Positions 29,316 to 39,168 are shown, counted from the stretch's first letter. The stretch: DNA of 64,000 bases from an uncultured Acidobacteriota bacterium (GCA_913043225.1 CAJWLU010000001.1:128001-192000), one strand, 5' to 3'. Notes: generated by a model not told the origin, from the sequence alone. Numbers and translations are program-made.

Positions 29316-29330
29316 TGAGACCCGGTCTCA
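29316..29330. promoter_or_regulatory. Fur-like operator palindrome 2
   Basis: Perfect 7-1-7 palindrome TGAGACC-C-GGTCTCA just upstream of the -35. Confidence 0.65.
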
Positions 29331-29475
29331 AGACTTTCCAGAGCCCCTCCCCCCTGGAACTTAAGGAATTAAGGATCATTTACCCGAGTAAAGAGGAAGC
29401 GTTGCGGAGGAGAACAGTCTGTTCGAACCGATCCATCGACTGCTGGGCCTTACCTGCAACTGAGCTGGCAAGACA

Positions 29476-29508
29476 AGGGCCCGGGCGCTGTTCACGCGAC
29501 CGGGCCCT
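29476..29508 (-). terminator. Possible terminator hairpin of the NHL gene
   Basis: 9-bp inverted repeat AGGGCCCGG/CCGGGCCCT, 17 nt past the stop at 29526; weak U-tail. Confidence 0.4.
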
Positions 29509-29525
29509 CGACCAAGAAAACGCCG

Positions 29526-30608
29526 TTACTCGTCGTCGGTGGGTAGCGTGGTCTGGTTCAGCAGCAGCTTCTGCACCCGCCAGTTGTTCATGTCGGCGAC
29601 AATGAGGGTGTTCTCGTCCCGGCAGGAGATGCCGTGGAGCCAGTTGAACTGACCGGGGGCTCGACCAGACCCACCCAGCCAGCCGAGGATCTCGCCGTCG
29701 AGCGACAACTTGTAGATCCGGCCCGGATGCTCGTCGGAGGCGAACAGATACTGCGTCTCGCCGCCGGAGACGCACAGGGTCCAAGGCGCGGTGTTGTCCG
29801 GCATATTCGGACGCGGATTCCCCAGTACCGGCTGCATGTTCTTGTCATACGGCACGTTCAGGAGAATAGTCTTCACAAAGTTGCCGTCCGAGTCGTACTT
29901 CTGGATACGGCGGTTCGTGCGGTCGGCCACGTAGACAAAGCCGTCCCGGTCGACCTGTAGGTTGTGCGGCAGGCGAAGCTGATCGTCGCCGGTGCCGTAA
30001 CTACCCCACGACTTGATCCAGTTGCCCCAGGGATCCATCTTGGCCACGCGCGAGTTCATGTAGCCATCGCTGACGTAGATGTTGCCGTCAGCATCCCAAC
30101 CCACATCGGTTGGACCGGCGAAGTAGCCGTCCACGTGACGGGCATTCTCGGGAGCCACGTGCTCGTAGTGGTCGAAACCCTCAGGTCGGCGCCCGAGGTT
30201 CAGCACCACGTAGCCGGACGGGTCGAATTTGGTAACGGCGTTAGTGCCCTTATCGACCACCCAGAGGTTGTCCTCAAGGTCGAAGCGCACTGCATGGCCG
30301 TAGCCGAGCCCATAGACGCCCTGGCCGAGTTCGCGAACGAAATTTCCCTGATCGTCAAATTCGAGCAGGTTGGTTGTGGCATTGCCATAAAGCGGTCCGG
30401 CGGTCGCCGTGCCAGGGTGATTCAGCAGGATGATATGACCCTTGGAGTTCTCGGCCACCGCCAGCGTTTCACCGAGGTTCATGCTCGGCGGATACTTAAG
30501 GAAGTTCGGCACCGAGACATACGGAATCTCAGGCGCGTCGACGGTCTGGGCAGACGCGGGAACCGCAACCAACATCAGCGCGACCGCGGCGAGGATCAGA
30601 CGTTTCAC
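29526..30608 (-). CDS. Exported NHL-repeat (PAL-like) protein
   Basis: AAGGAGG then GTG start; HAVRFD, PTDVGWD, YVSDGYMNSRV, PHNLQVD, YVADRTNRRIQ. Confidence 0.85.
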   Translation of the reverse strand: MKRLILAAVALMLVAVPASAQTVDAPEIPYVSVPNFLKYPPSMNLGETLAVAENSKGHIILLNHPGTATAGPLYGNATTNLLEFDDQGNFVRELGQGVYGLGYGHAVRFDLEDNLWVVDKGTNAVTKFDPSGYVVLNLGRRPEGFDHYEHVAPENARHVDGYFAGPTDVGWDADGNIYVSDGYMNSRVAKMDPWGNWIKSWGSYGTGDDQLRLPHNLQVDRDGFVYVADRTNRRIQKYDSDGNFVKTILLNVPYDKNMQPVLGNPRPNMPDNTAPWTLCVSGGETQYLFASDEHPGRIYKLSLDGEILGWLGGSGRAPGQFNWLHGISCRDENTLIVADMNNWRVQKLLLNQTTLPTDDE

Positions 30609-31001
30609 GGAGACCTCCTTGAAGCCCGGTCGCCGACCGGGTGCACACGAACAGTGGATCTCGAAAGTCGTATCATAGCTCACTCTAGGTGGCTGATCAG
30701 CCAGGGAACCCAAGGCCGCCCGGCTGTGTTAGGGTGGCGTTCCAGCGTGCGGCCACGGCAGCCGGGAACCCGGCCGCCACGCCGATGCTGACAGAAATCC
30801 GACGGTGAGAATCCGAATTATCAGCTTCGCGTCATAGCCTGCCACCTTCGTATTGCTCTGTCAGATCTGCCCGGGACACATCGTCCCACTCTTCATCACG
30901 GCCGATTTGCCGACCACCCCGGTGCGGTGAGGAGCCGGTCACCAATCGGCGATGGGTGTCGTTCTGATCACCTGCGTCTTACGGCGTAGCCAAGTTGTGT
31001 C

Positions 31002-32414
31002 ATGTCGTATCCGGAACCCACCGCTCGAAGCCCTAGACTCTGGGTGGACATCGTCGGTTCGATCCGAGGAGTGCCCCGCGACTACACCAAGGGCGCGATC
31101 GGTCGCGCGGTCATCTTGGCCGCCATCCCGATGGTGCTCGAGATGTCGATGCAGTCGCTCTTCGCGGTGGTCGACGTCTTCTTCGTGGCGCGGCTCGGGC
31201 CGGAGGCGGTGGCGATTCTGGGTCTCTCGGACTCACTACTAGCGCTCGTCTTCTCGGTGGCCATCGGGCTCTGCATGGGCGCCACCGCGATGGTAGCTCG
31301 GCGGATCGGAGAGGGCTCACCGGAAGGGGCAGCCGTGGCGGCCGTACAGGCCCTCCTGACCGGCCTTGTGCTGTCGGTGCTGATGAGCTTGGCCGGCGTG
31401 GTGTGGGCCACGGACCTGCTGCAGCTCCTGGGCGCCACCCCAGAGTTGGCGTCGAACGGCCGACTGTTCGCGGCCATCATGCTGGGCGGCAACCTCACGG
31501 TGATGTGGTTATTCCTGATCAACGCCATCTTCCGTGGAGCAGGCGATGCGGCGGTCGCTATGCGATCGCTCTGGCTGGCCAACCTGATCAACATTGCGCT
31601 GGATCCGATCCTGATCTTTGGCTGGGGACCGGTCCCCGCCCTAGGCCTAGAGGGCGCAGCGATCGCCACGACTCTGGGACGCGCCATCGGCATTGCCTAC
31701 CAGTTCCGCCAACTGAGCAGTGGGCACGGTCGAATCGTCATCCGCTGGTCACAGGTGGTTCCCAATGTGGGCGTTATAGTTCGACTGCTCCGCGTCAGCG
31801 GCATCGGCGTGCTGCAGTATCTGGTGAGCACCGCCAGCTTTCTGGGTCTGGTCCGAATCCTGGCGCCGTTCGGCGACACGGCGCTAGCCGGTTACACGAT
31901 CGCGATCCGGATCATCATCTTCATCCTCCTGCCAGCCTGGGGGATGGGGAACGCCGCGGCGACGCTGGTCGGACAGAACCTGGGCGCCGGCAACCCGAAC
32001 CGTGCCGAGCACTCGGTCTGGTTCACGGCCAGATGCAACGCTGGCTTCCTCGGCTCGGTGGGGGTCCTGCTGATCATCTTCGCCGAGTCGATCGTGGCGC
32101 TCTTCACCACCGACATCTCGGTTGCGGCGATCGCCGTCGATTGTCTGGGGATCGTGAGCTACAGCTATGCGTTCTGGGCCTTCGGCCTGGTAACGGTCCA
32201 AGCCTTCAACGGCTCGAGCGACACGACGACACCCACCTGGATCAACTTCTTCGTCTTCTGGGTGGTCCAGTTGCCGGTAGCGTGGGGCCTGTCGGGACCG
32301 CTCGGGTGGGGACCGGCCGGCGTGTTCTGGGCCATCGCCGGATCACAGACGCTACTGGCCCTGGTGGGCGGGGCAGCGTTCCGACGCGGAGGCTGGAGAA
32401 ACAGGGAGATCTGA
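31002..32414 (+). CDS. MATE family efflux transporter
   Basis: DYTKGAIGRA, VVDVFFVARLG, FRGAGDA, NIALDPILIFG, GAAIAT, VGQNLGA. Confidence 0.9.
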   Translation: MSYPEPTARSPRLWVDIVGSIRGVPRDYTKGAIGRAVILAAIPMVLEMSMQSLFAVVDVFFVARLGPEAVAILGLSDSLLALVFSVAIGLCMGATAMVARRIGEGSPEGAAVAAVQALLTGLVLSVLMSLAGVVWATDLLQLLGATPELASNGRLFAAIMLGGNLTVMWLFLINAIFRGAGDAAVAMRSLWLANLINIALDPILIFGWGPVPALGLEGAAIATTLGRAIGIAYQFRQLSSGHGRIVIRWSQVVPNVGVIVRLLRVSGIGVLQYLVSTASFLGLVRILAPFGDTALAGYTIAIRIIIFILLPAWGMGNAAATLVGQNLGAGNPNRAEHSVWFTARCNAGFLGSVGVLLIIFAESIVALFTTDISVAAIAVDCLGIVSYSYAFWAFGLVTVQAFNGSSDTTTPTWINFFVFWVVQLPVAWGLSGPLGWGPAGVFWAIAGSQTLLALVGGAAFRRGGWRNREI

Positions 32415-32444
32415 TGAAGGTCGAAGAAATCGAGCAGAGATGAT

Positions 32445-32651
32445 ATGACCGCAAAGAGCGAACGAATCGATGCGCTGGAAGCGCACGTGGCGTTCCAGGA
32501 CGACACCGTCCGCCAGCTGAACGACGCGCTAGTGGCACAGCAGGTGCGTCTGGATCGGATGCAGGCCGAGCTCGAACAGGTCGTCAACGCAATGAAGGCG
32601 TGGAACGAGACCTCGCCGCCGCCAGGCGACGAGCGACCGCCGCACTACTGA
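32445..32651 (+). CDS. slyX: SlyX family protein
   Basis: RIDALEAHVAFQDDTVRQLN...ERPPHY signature. Confidence 0.9.
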   Translation: MTAKSERIDALEAHVAFQDDTVRQLNDALVAQQVRLDRMQAELEQVVNAMKAWNETSPPPGDERPPHY

Positions 32652-32668
32652 GACACCCTCCGTCGCCG

Positions 32669-34501
32669 CTAGCTTTCCTTCTTCGGTCGCTGGTTCGCCG
32701 CGAGCACCCGCTTCCGTAGCCGAATGCTGCCGGGCGTGATCTCGACGAGTTCGTCGTCGTTGATGAACTCGATCGACTGCTCTAGGTTAAGCAGGCGGGG
32801 GGGCACGAGTCGCAGGGCGTCGTCGGCGCTGGCAGCGCGCATGTTGGTGAGCTTCTTCTCTTTCGTGACATTGACGTCCATGTCGGCCGGGCGGGCATTC
32901 TCGCCAATGACCATCCCCTCATAGACCTCGGTGCCAGTGTCGATGAAGATCTCGCCGCGCTCCTGCAGATTGTAGATGGCATAGGCGGTCGACTTCCCGT
33001 TGCGGTCGGCAACGAGCACCCCGCTCGGGCGTCCGGCGATCGGGCCGTGCCACGGTTCCCACCCGGCAAACAGGTGGTTCATGATGCCGGTGCCCCTGGT
33101 ATCGGTCAGGAACTGCGAACGGAACCCGATCAGGCCTCGGGTGGGGATCCGGAACTCCAGCCGGATGCGCCCGCTCCCGTGGTTCACCATCCGGGTCATC
33201 GTCGCCCGTCGGTTCCCAAGCTGCGCGATGACCACGCCCTGGTAGTCCTCGACCACGTCGATCACCAGATCCTCGACCGGCTCCTCCACGACCCCTTTCT
33301 GCTCTCGGGTGACGATCTCGGGGCGGGACACCTGCAGCTCGTAGCCTTCGCGCCGCATCATCTCGATGAGAATCGAGAGCTGGAGCTCTCCCCGGCCCAC
33401 CACCTTGAGCTGCTCGGGCGAATCGGTGTCCTCAACCCGGATCGAGACGTTGCCGATCAGCTCCCGTTCGAGGCGGTCGCGCAGATTGCGAGAGGTGACG
33501 TACTGGCCGTCGCGGCCTGCCATCGGTGACGTGTTCACCCCGAAGATCATCGAAACGGTCGGCTCGTCGACATGGAGCGGCGGAATCGGCTGCGGGTCGT
33601 CGGGATTGGTGATGGTCTCGCCGATGGTGATGTCCTCGATGCCGGCCAGGCAGATCACGTCACCGGCGGCAGCCGCCTCAACTTCGGTCCGTTGCAGGCC
33701 GTCGAACATGTAGAGCTTGGTCACGCGGGTCCGACCGACCGAGCCATCGAGCTTGGAGACCGCGATCGGATCTCCCAGCGCCACTCGCCCGTTGACGATC
33801 CGGCCGATCGCAATCCGCCCCAGGTAGTCGCTCGAATCCAGGTTGGCGACTAGCACCTGCAGCGACGCTTCGGGGTCGCCAGCCGGGGGCGGCATACGTT
33901 CGACGATGGTGTCGAGCAACGGCCTGAGGGTCTCCCCGGGCTCGGCCAGGTCGAGGGTGGCAGTACCCGCCTTCGCGTTGGCGTAGATGACCGGAAACTC
34001 GATCTGCTCCTCGCTGGCATCCAGGTCGATGAACAGGTCATAGACCTCGTCGAGCACCTCGGCCGGCCGGGCGTCCTGCCGGTCGATTTTGTTGATAACC
34101 ACGATGGGGGGCAGCCCCTGTTCGAGCGCCTTCCGCAACACGAACCGGGTTTGCGGCAGCGGGCCCTCCGAGGCGTCCACGAGCAGTAGGACACCGTCGA
34201 TCATCGTCAGCGTCCGCTCCACCTCACCGCCGAAATCGGCGTGCCCTGGGGTGTCGACGATGTTGATGACGAGGTCGCGATACCGGATGGCCGTGTTCTT
34301 GGCCATGATGGTGATCCCGCGCTCGCGCTCGAGGTCGATGTTGTCCATCGCCCGTTCCTCGACACGCTCATTCGCTCGGAAGACGCCGCTCTGGTGTAAC
34401 AACGCGTCGACGAGCGTCGTCTTTCCGTGATCGACGTGGGCGATGATGGCGATGTTGCGTCGGAGAGGATTGGCCACTCCGGCGTCGGCAGGTGCTCTCA
34501 T
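32669..34501 (-). CDS. typA: Translational GTPase TypA/BipA
   Basis: [55 protein letters not shown]. Confidence 0.97.
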   Translation of the reverse strand: MRAPADAGVANPLRRNIAIIAHVDHGKTTLVDALLHQSGVFRANERVEERAMDNIDLERERGITIMAKNTAIRYRDLVINIVDTPGHADFGGEVERTLTMIDGVLLLVDASEGPLPQTRFVLRKALEQGLPPIVVINKIDRQDARPAEVLDEVYDLFIDLDASEEQIEFPVIYANAKAGTATLDLAEPGETLRPLLDTIVERMPPPAGDPEASLQVLVANLDSSDYLGRIAIGRIVNGRVALGDPIAVSKLDGSVGRTRVTKLYMFDGLQRTEVEAAAAGDVICLAGIEDITIGETITNPDDPQPIPPLHVDEPTVSMIFGVNTSPMAGRDGQYVTSRNLRDRLERELIGNVSIRVEDTDSPEQLKVVGRGELQLSILIEMMRREGYELQVSRPEIVTREQKGVVEEPVEDLVIDVVEDYQGVVIAQLGNRRATMTRMVNHGSGRIRLEFRIPTRGLIGFRSQFLTDTRGTGIMNHLFAGWEPWHGPIAGRPSGVLVADRNGKSTAYAIYNLQERGEIFIDTGTEVYEGMVIGENARPADMDVNVTKEKKLTNMRAASADDALRLVPPRLLNLEQSIEFINDDELVEITPGSIRLRKRVLAANQRPKKES

Positions 34502-34625
34502 GATTGATACGGTCTCGGTCGACGTGCGTAACCTCTAAGTACACCACGAATCAGACTGGTAGATGCGTATCCGCCCTGCAATAATCGGAGCTTCTCGAAC
34601 AAATTTTCGCCAAGGAGTCAATCAA

Positions 34626-35921
34626 ATGAGACGCAAGTTCGACCTGCGCTGGCTTTCGCCGGTTCTTCTCGCGGCGCTCTCCACGGCCTGTACCGCCCCG
34701 GTGGGCGGCGCAGCGGTCGAGGCAGACAGCGCTCGTGACCTCGCCGTGGTCGCCCCCGAGTCAGTGGGCGTCTCGTCGGCTCGCCTGGAGCGCCTGGAAG
34801 AGGGCATGCAGGCCTTTGTCGACGACCGGCGGCTCTCGGCGGTCCACACGGTGATGGCCAGACACGGCAAGATCGTCCACTCGAGCCTGGCTGGAGTGAG
34901 GGACATCGAGAGCGGCGAGCTGCTGACCGAGGACTCGATCTACCGCATCTACTCGATGACCAAGCCGATCACCGGCGTGGCCATGATGATGCTCTACGAA
35001 GAGGGAAAATGGCGGCTCAACGACCCGGTGACCAAGTTCGTCCCCAAGTTCGAAGGGCTGCAGGTCTATGCCGGCGATGATGCCAATGGCGACCCGATCC
35101 TCGAGCCGGCCAAGCGCTCGATGACCATGCAGGAGCTGATGAGCCACTCGTCCGGGCTGGCCTATGGGCTCGGCGCGGGGAACGCGGTGGACCAGATGTA
35201 TCGCGAGCGACGGGTGCTCGACTTCAGCCAGCCGCTCCAGGCGATGATCGACAACCTGGCGGAGATCCCGCTGCTCTACCAGCCGGGGGACCGCTACTTC
35301 TACAGCATCGCCGTCGACGTCCAGGGCTACATCGTGGAGAAGCTCTCAGGGCAATCGTTCGACGAGTTCCTGCAGGAGCGCATCTTCGACCCGCTCGGCA
35401 TGATCGACACCGCCTTCTACGTGCCCGAGAGCAAGATCGACCGGCTGGCATTGATCCATGGCGAGGACGAGGAAGGCGCTTTGACGCTTCCGCCCATGGG
35501 CGCGATGCCCACCACGCCTCCGGCAGGCAGCTCCGGCGGCGGTGGCCTCTACAGCACGATGGCTGACTACGTCCGGTTCGTGCAGATGGTGCTGAACGAG
35601 GGTGAGCTGGACGGCGTGCGTTTCCTGGCGCCGCGGAGCATCGAGCAGATGCGGACCAACCACCTGAGCGACCAGGCGCTGTCGACGATGTCGCCGGGCA
35701 ACGGCTTCGGCCTCGACTTCGGTGTCGTGATGGATCCGGCCGCGGCCGGCGAGCCCTACTCCAAGGGGGCGTTCCGCTGGGGCGGCGCCGCCGGCACCTG
35801 GTTCTGGATCGACCCGGTCGAGGACTTCGTGTTCGTCGGCATGATCCAGCACCGCGGGCGAGCGGTCCGAGACGTGCAGGGCCAGTCGCGGAATCTCGCG
35901 TACCAGGCGATTCTGGACTGA
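34626..35921 (+). CDS. Serine hydrolase (beta-lactamase class C-like) lipoprotein
   Basis: AGGAG RBS; lipobox STA-C; SxxK (SMTK), LMSHSSGL, YS, GGGGLYST, WGGAAGT. Confidence 0.9.
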   Translation: MRRKFDLRWLSPVLLAALSTACTAPVGGAAVEADSARDLAVVAPESVGVSSARLERLEEGMQAFVDDRRLSAVHTVMARHGKIVHSSLAGVRDIESGELLTEDSIYRIYSMTKPITGVAMMMLYEEGKWRLNDPVTKFVPKFEGLQVYAGDDANGDPILEPAKRSMTMQELMSHSSGLAYGLGAGNAVDQMYRERRVLDFSQPLQAMIDNLAEIPLLYQPGDRYFYSIAVDVQGYIVEKLSGQSFDEFLQERIFDPLGMIDTAFYVPESKIDRLALIHGEDEEGALTLPPMGAMPTTPPAGSSGGGGLYSTMADYVRFVQMVLNEGELDGVRFLAPRSIEQMRTNHLSDQALSTMSPGNGFGLDFGVVMDPAAAGEPYSKGAFRWGGAAGTWFWIDPVEDFVFVGMIQHRGRAVRDVQGQSRNLAYQAILD

Positions 35922-35931
35922 CGCCGCTAGG

Positions 35932-35979
35932 AGTCAGGAGACAGGAGTCAGGAGAAAACCTGGCTTCTGTCCCCTGACT
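35932..35979. terminator. Hairpin built from heptamer repeats between convergent genes
   Basis: AGTCAGG-AGACAGG-AGTCAGG, 6-nt loop, CCTGGCT-TCTGTCC-CCTGACT: 21-bp stem with one mismatch and two G-U pairs. Confidence 0.6.
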
Positions 35980-35989
35980 ACCAGCGGAG

Positions 35990-37171
35990 CTAGTTGGCGA
36001 CGTACTTGGTGATGCCGCCGCCAGCGGTGGGGCGCGAACCGGGGCCCTCGGCCGCGTAGATGTTCCCGTCGGCGTCAACGGCCACACCTTCACCCGCCAC
36101 GCCCTGCAACACGCGCGTCTGGTGCGCATGCGGCGGGACGAAGCCGGTCAGCTGATCCTCGCCGGCCGGCCCGATCCGCACTCCCGTCATCCAACCAGGG
36201 TGGTTCCCAGGTGTCGACTCGGAGTCGATCGCGTAAAGCGTGTCGTCGTCGGTGATAAACAACCCGCTGATCCGGCTGTAGGCCATCAGGATCAGCGGCT
36301 GCACGCCGTCGGCGTTCGGATTCCCGTCGATCGCGTTGCCGTCGAGGTCGAACACCTGGATGCGGTGATTGCCACGGTCGGCCACATAGAGCCGTCCCTG
36401 CGAGTCAATCTCCATCGCGTGCGGCGTCCGGAACTGGCCAGGCCGGAACCCGATCTCGCCCCACTCCTTGATGAAGTTACCCTCGCTGTCGTACTTAAGG
36501 ATGCGACCGGTCGCGCCCTCGGGCGGGTTGAGGCCCTGGCCGCTATGCCCATCCGAGACGAAGATGTCGCCATTGGACGCCGTGATCACGTCGCACGGCT
36601 CGTTCAGCTGACCGGGGCCACTTCCGGGCTGTCCGGCAGTCCCGAGCCGAAGGAGTTCTTGGCCCTCGGGGCTGAACTTGATGACCTGATGGCCCTTGGT
36701 CCCGGACTCGTTCCCCTGCGAGTCGGTGACCCACACGTTGCCGTCGTCATCGACGTGCAGACCATGCGGCAGGACGAACAGACCGGCGCCGAAGCTGGCC
36801 ATGATCTCGCCGGTGTCCTTGTTGAACTTGTAGACGGGGTTGCGCTCCGGATTCTCCTCACAGCCCCCGGCCAGCGCCAGCCCGCCGCAGCGGTCGTAGG
36901 CCCAGATATGGCCATCCGGTCCGACATCGATGCCGGCGGTCGAGCCCCACTCCTGTCCCTCGGGCAACGGCGCCCAGTTCAGAATGACTTCGCCAGTCGG
37001 ATTCGGCAGGTTGCCGTCGACCCAGTGGCTGTTGCCAGCGTCGGCCGGCGGCGCGGCGGTCTCGACTTCGGCCGCCGGGTCCGCCATCTCGCCGCCGCCA
37101 CACGCGATCGTCGTCGCACACGCGAGGGTCAGAGCCACGACCCCGCTCCGCCTCGTCAGAAACAGTCTCAC
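35990..37171 (-). CDS. NHL-repeat (PAL-like) lipoprotein
   Basis: AAGGAGG then GTG; lipobox TIA-C; PHGLHVD, GHQVIKF, PCDV, FVSDGH, PHAMEID, YVADRGNHRIQ. Confidence 0.85.
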   Translation of the reverse strand: MRLFLTRRSGVVALTLACATTIACGGGEMADPAAEVETAAPPADAGNSHWVDGNLPNPTGEVILNWAPLPEGQEWGSTAGIDVGPDGHIWAYDRCGGLALAGGCEENPERNPVYKFNKDTGEIMASFGAGLFVLPHGLHVDDDGNVWVTDSQGNESGTKGHQVIKFSPEGQELLRLGTAGQPGSGPGQLNEPCDVITASNGDIFVSDGHSGQGLNPPEGATGRILKYDSEGNFIKEWGEIGFRPGQFRTPHAMEIDSQGRLYVADRGNHRIQVFDLDGNAIDGNPNADGVQPLILMAYSRISGLFITDDDTLYAIDSESTPGNHPGWMTGVRIGPAGEDQLTGFVPPHAHQTRVLQGVAGEGVAVDADGNIYAAEGPGSRPTAGGGITKYVAN

Positions 37172-37236
37172 GTCCACCTCCTTGCTTCGTCGGTTTCCGG
37201 GGATCCTACCCCGCTCTCTTAGCCGGCGCACCCGCC

Positions 37237-37818
37237 TCAGCTCGTGGTTCGGTCGAGCCACTTCTCGGTGACCGGCGCCTCGTAGGCGTCCATCCGCTCC
37301 AGCAAACGCTCGGGACCCGTCTCGACGGCCAACATGGCCAGGTGCTCGGGCCGCACGAACCGCTCGGCCACCATCCAGTCGAGAAACTCGAGCAGCGGGT
37401 CGAAGTACGCGTCGACCTGGAGCAGGCCGCACGGCTTGGCGTGAAGCCCCAGCTGGCCCCAGGTCAACATCTCGAACAGCTCTTCCAGCGTCCCGAGCCA
37501 GCCTGGCAGTGCGACGACACCATCGGACAGCTCGGACATCGTCATCTTCCGCTCGTGCATCGACTCGACGACGCGGAGCTCGGTGAGCCCGGCGTGCGCG
37601 ACCTCCCGGGTGGCAAGATGGGACTGAATCACCCCCACCACCTCACCGCCCGCCGCGAGCACGGCATCGGCCAGCACCCCCATCAGCCCCACCCAACCGC
37701 CGCCGTAGACTAGGCTCGCCCCACACTCGACCAGTGCCGTCCCCAGAGCCCGGGTGGCCTCGCCGTAGGCCGGTCTGGCGCCCGGGCTAGCGCCGGCAAA
37801 GACACAGATCCGGTTCAT
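37237..37818 (-). CDS. LOG family (TIGR00730) nucleotide phosphoribohydrolase
   Basis: ICVFAGAS, LVYGGG, GLMG, MHERK, PGWLGTLEE (variant of PGGxGTxxE), TWGQLGLH. Confidence 0.88.
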   Translation of the reverse strand: MNRICVFAGASPGARPAYGEATRALGTALVECGASLVYGGGWVGLMGVLADAVLAAGGEVVGVIQSHLATREVAHAGLTELRVVESMHERKMTMSELSDGVVALPGWLGTLEELFEMLTWGQLGLHAKPCGLLQVDAYFDPLLEFLDWMVAERFVRPEHLAMLAVETGPERLLERMDAYEAPVTEKWLDRTTS

Positions 37819-37911
37819 GGCCATCGATTCGCGCGCAGTATACCGGCCTCCGTGTAAACCGGTGTATCCTGCTGCCTTTGACAGGACGAAACCCGGTGTC
37901 TGGAGGCACGT

Positions 37912-39105
37912 GTGGGCAAGATTGAACAAGCGTGGCGAGACGGAATCTCTCGGAGACAAGCGCTGGCCGGCCTCGCATCGTTCATGGCCGCCTCGCCGCT
38001 GGTGCATGCGCAACGCGACCCCTGGCCCCTCGGCCCCCATCGCCGCTTTCTCGGTTTCGACGAGATGCGCGACGTGTTCGACTTCGAGCCGCTGTTCCGG
38101 GCCAACGTGCCACTCTCCATCTACGACTACACCGCGCACGGCACCGAGTCGGAGTTCACGCTCTACCGGAACCGCGACGCGTTCGACTGGGTGCAGCTGG
38201 TCGGTGGCGGTGGCGTCGACCCCGACACGGTGGACACCACCACTGAGCTATACGGGCGCAGCATGCCGAGCCCGATCATGCTGGCCCCGACCGCCCGACA
38301 GCGCGACTGCCACCCGGAGGGTGAGCTCGGCATGCACCGCGCCGCGACCACCGTCGGGGCGACCATGATCGTCAGCAATGTCTCGAGCTTCAGGTTTCCT
38401 GAAATCGCCGAGGCGGCAGAGGGCCCACTCTGGTTCCAACGCTACGCGACCGAGCAGATGGGTCCTAACGAAGAGGTGCTCGGCATGGCCCAGGAGGCCG
38501 GGGCCGAGACCATCGTGGTCACCATCGACCAGCAGGCGTCCTTCTACGAGCGCGACCTGCACGTGCGCCACACGGGCGGACGTCCTCGGACGGTCACCCG
38601 TCGCACACCCCAGAACCCGCCCAACCCCTATCGAGTCGGCGCGGGACGACTCTGGTACACGTGGGAACTCTTCGATGCGCTGAAACCGATGTGCGAGGTC
38701 CCCATGCTGGCCAAGGGCGTCCTCACCGGTGAAGGCGCGAAGAAGTGCCTGGACTACGGCGTCGAGGGCATCATCGTGTCGAATCATGGCGGCCGCGGCA
38801 TCGACTACGGCCCGTCGAGTCTCGAGGTGCTCGAAGAGGTGGTCGATGCGGTTGGCGGCCAGGTGCCGGTGCTCGTCGACAGCGGCTTCCGCCGCGGCAG
38901 CGACGCGCTGAAGGCGTTGGCGCTCGGCGCCAACGCCGTCTGCTTCGGCCGGGCCACCCGCTGGGGCCTGGGCGCGTTCGGCGAACCGGGCGCCCAGAAG
39001 GTGCTCGAGATCCTGAACGCCGAGCTTAAGCAGGCGATGGCGGCGGCCGGGGTCAAGTCGATCGCCGAGATCGACCGTAGCATCGTGAAGACGAAATTTC
39101 CGTAG
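37912..39105 (+). CDS. FMN-dependent alpha-hydroxy-acid oxidase/dehydrogenase with Tat signal (copy A)
   Basis: ISRRQALAGL...VHA; PIMLAPT, WFQ, VTID, AKGV, VSNHGGR, DSGFRRGSD, GR. Confidence 0.88.
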   Translation: MGKIEQAWRDGISRRQALAGLASFMAASPLVHAQRDPWPLGPHRRFLGFDEMRDVFDFEPLFRANVPLSIYDYTAHGTESEFTLYRNRDAFDWVQLVGGGGVDPDTVDTTTELYGRSMPSPIMLAPTARQRDCHPEGELGMHRAATTVGATMIVSNVSSFRFPEIAEAAEGPLWFQRYATEQMGPNEEVLGMAQEAGAETIVVTIDQQASFYERDLHVRHTGGRPRTVTRRTPQNPPNPYRVGAGRLWYTWELFDALKPMCEVPMLAKGVLTGEGAKKCLDYGVEGIIVSNHGGRGIDYGPSSLEVLEEVVDAVGGQVPVLVDSGFRRGSDALKALALGANAVCFGRATRWGLGAFGEPGAQKVLEILNAELKQAMAAAGVKSIAEIDRSIVKTKFP

Positions 39106-39168
39106 TCCCTCAGGAGACAGCAGACGCGGGAGGGCTTCGCCGGGATCGGACCTCAGTACGGAGACGAG

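Noticed and set aside
26560..29400. Lower GC in the porin operon as a sign of horizontal transfer
   Set aside because: Only spot-checked by eye. Porin amino-acid composition and regulatory DNA can explain it, and there is no integrase, tRNA or direct repeat at the edges.
30806..30823. TGAGAAT-CCGA-ATTATCA, two Fur-like half sites upstream of the MATE and NHL genes
   Set aside because: The spacer is 4 nt instead of 1, no promoter overlap is evident, and the neighbours are not iron genes.
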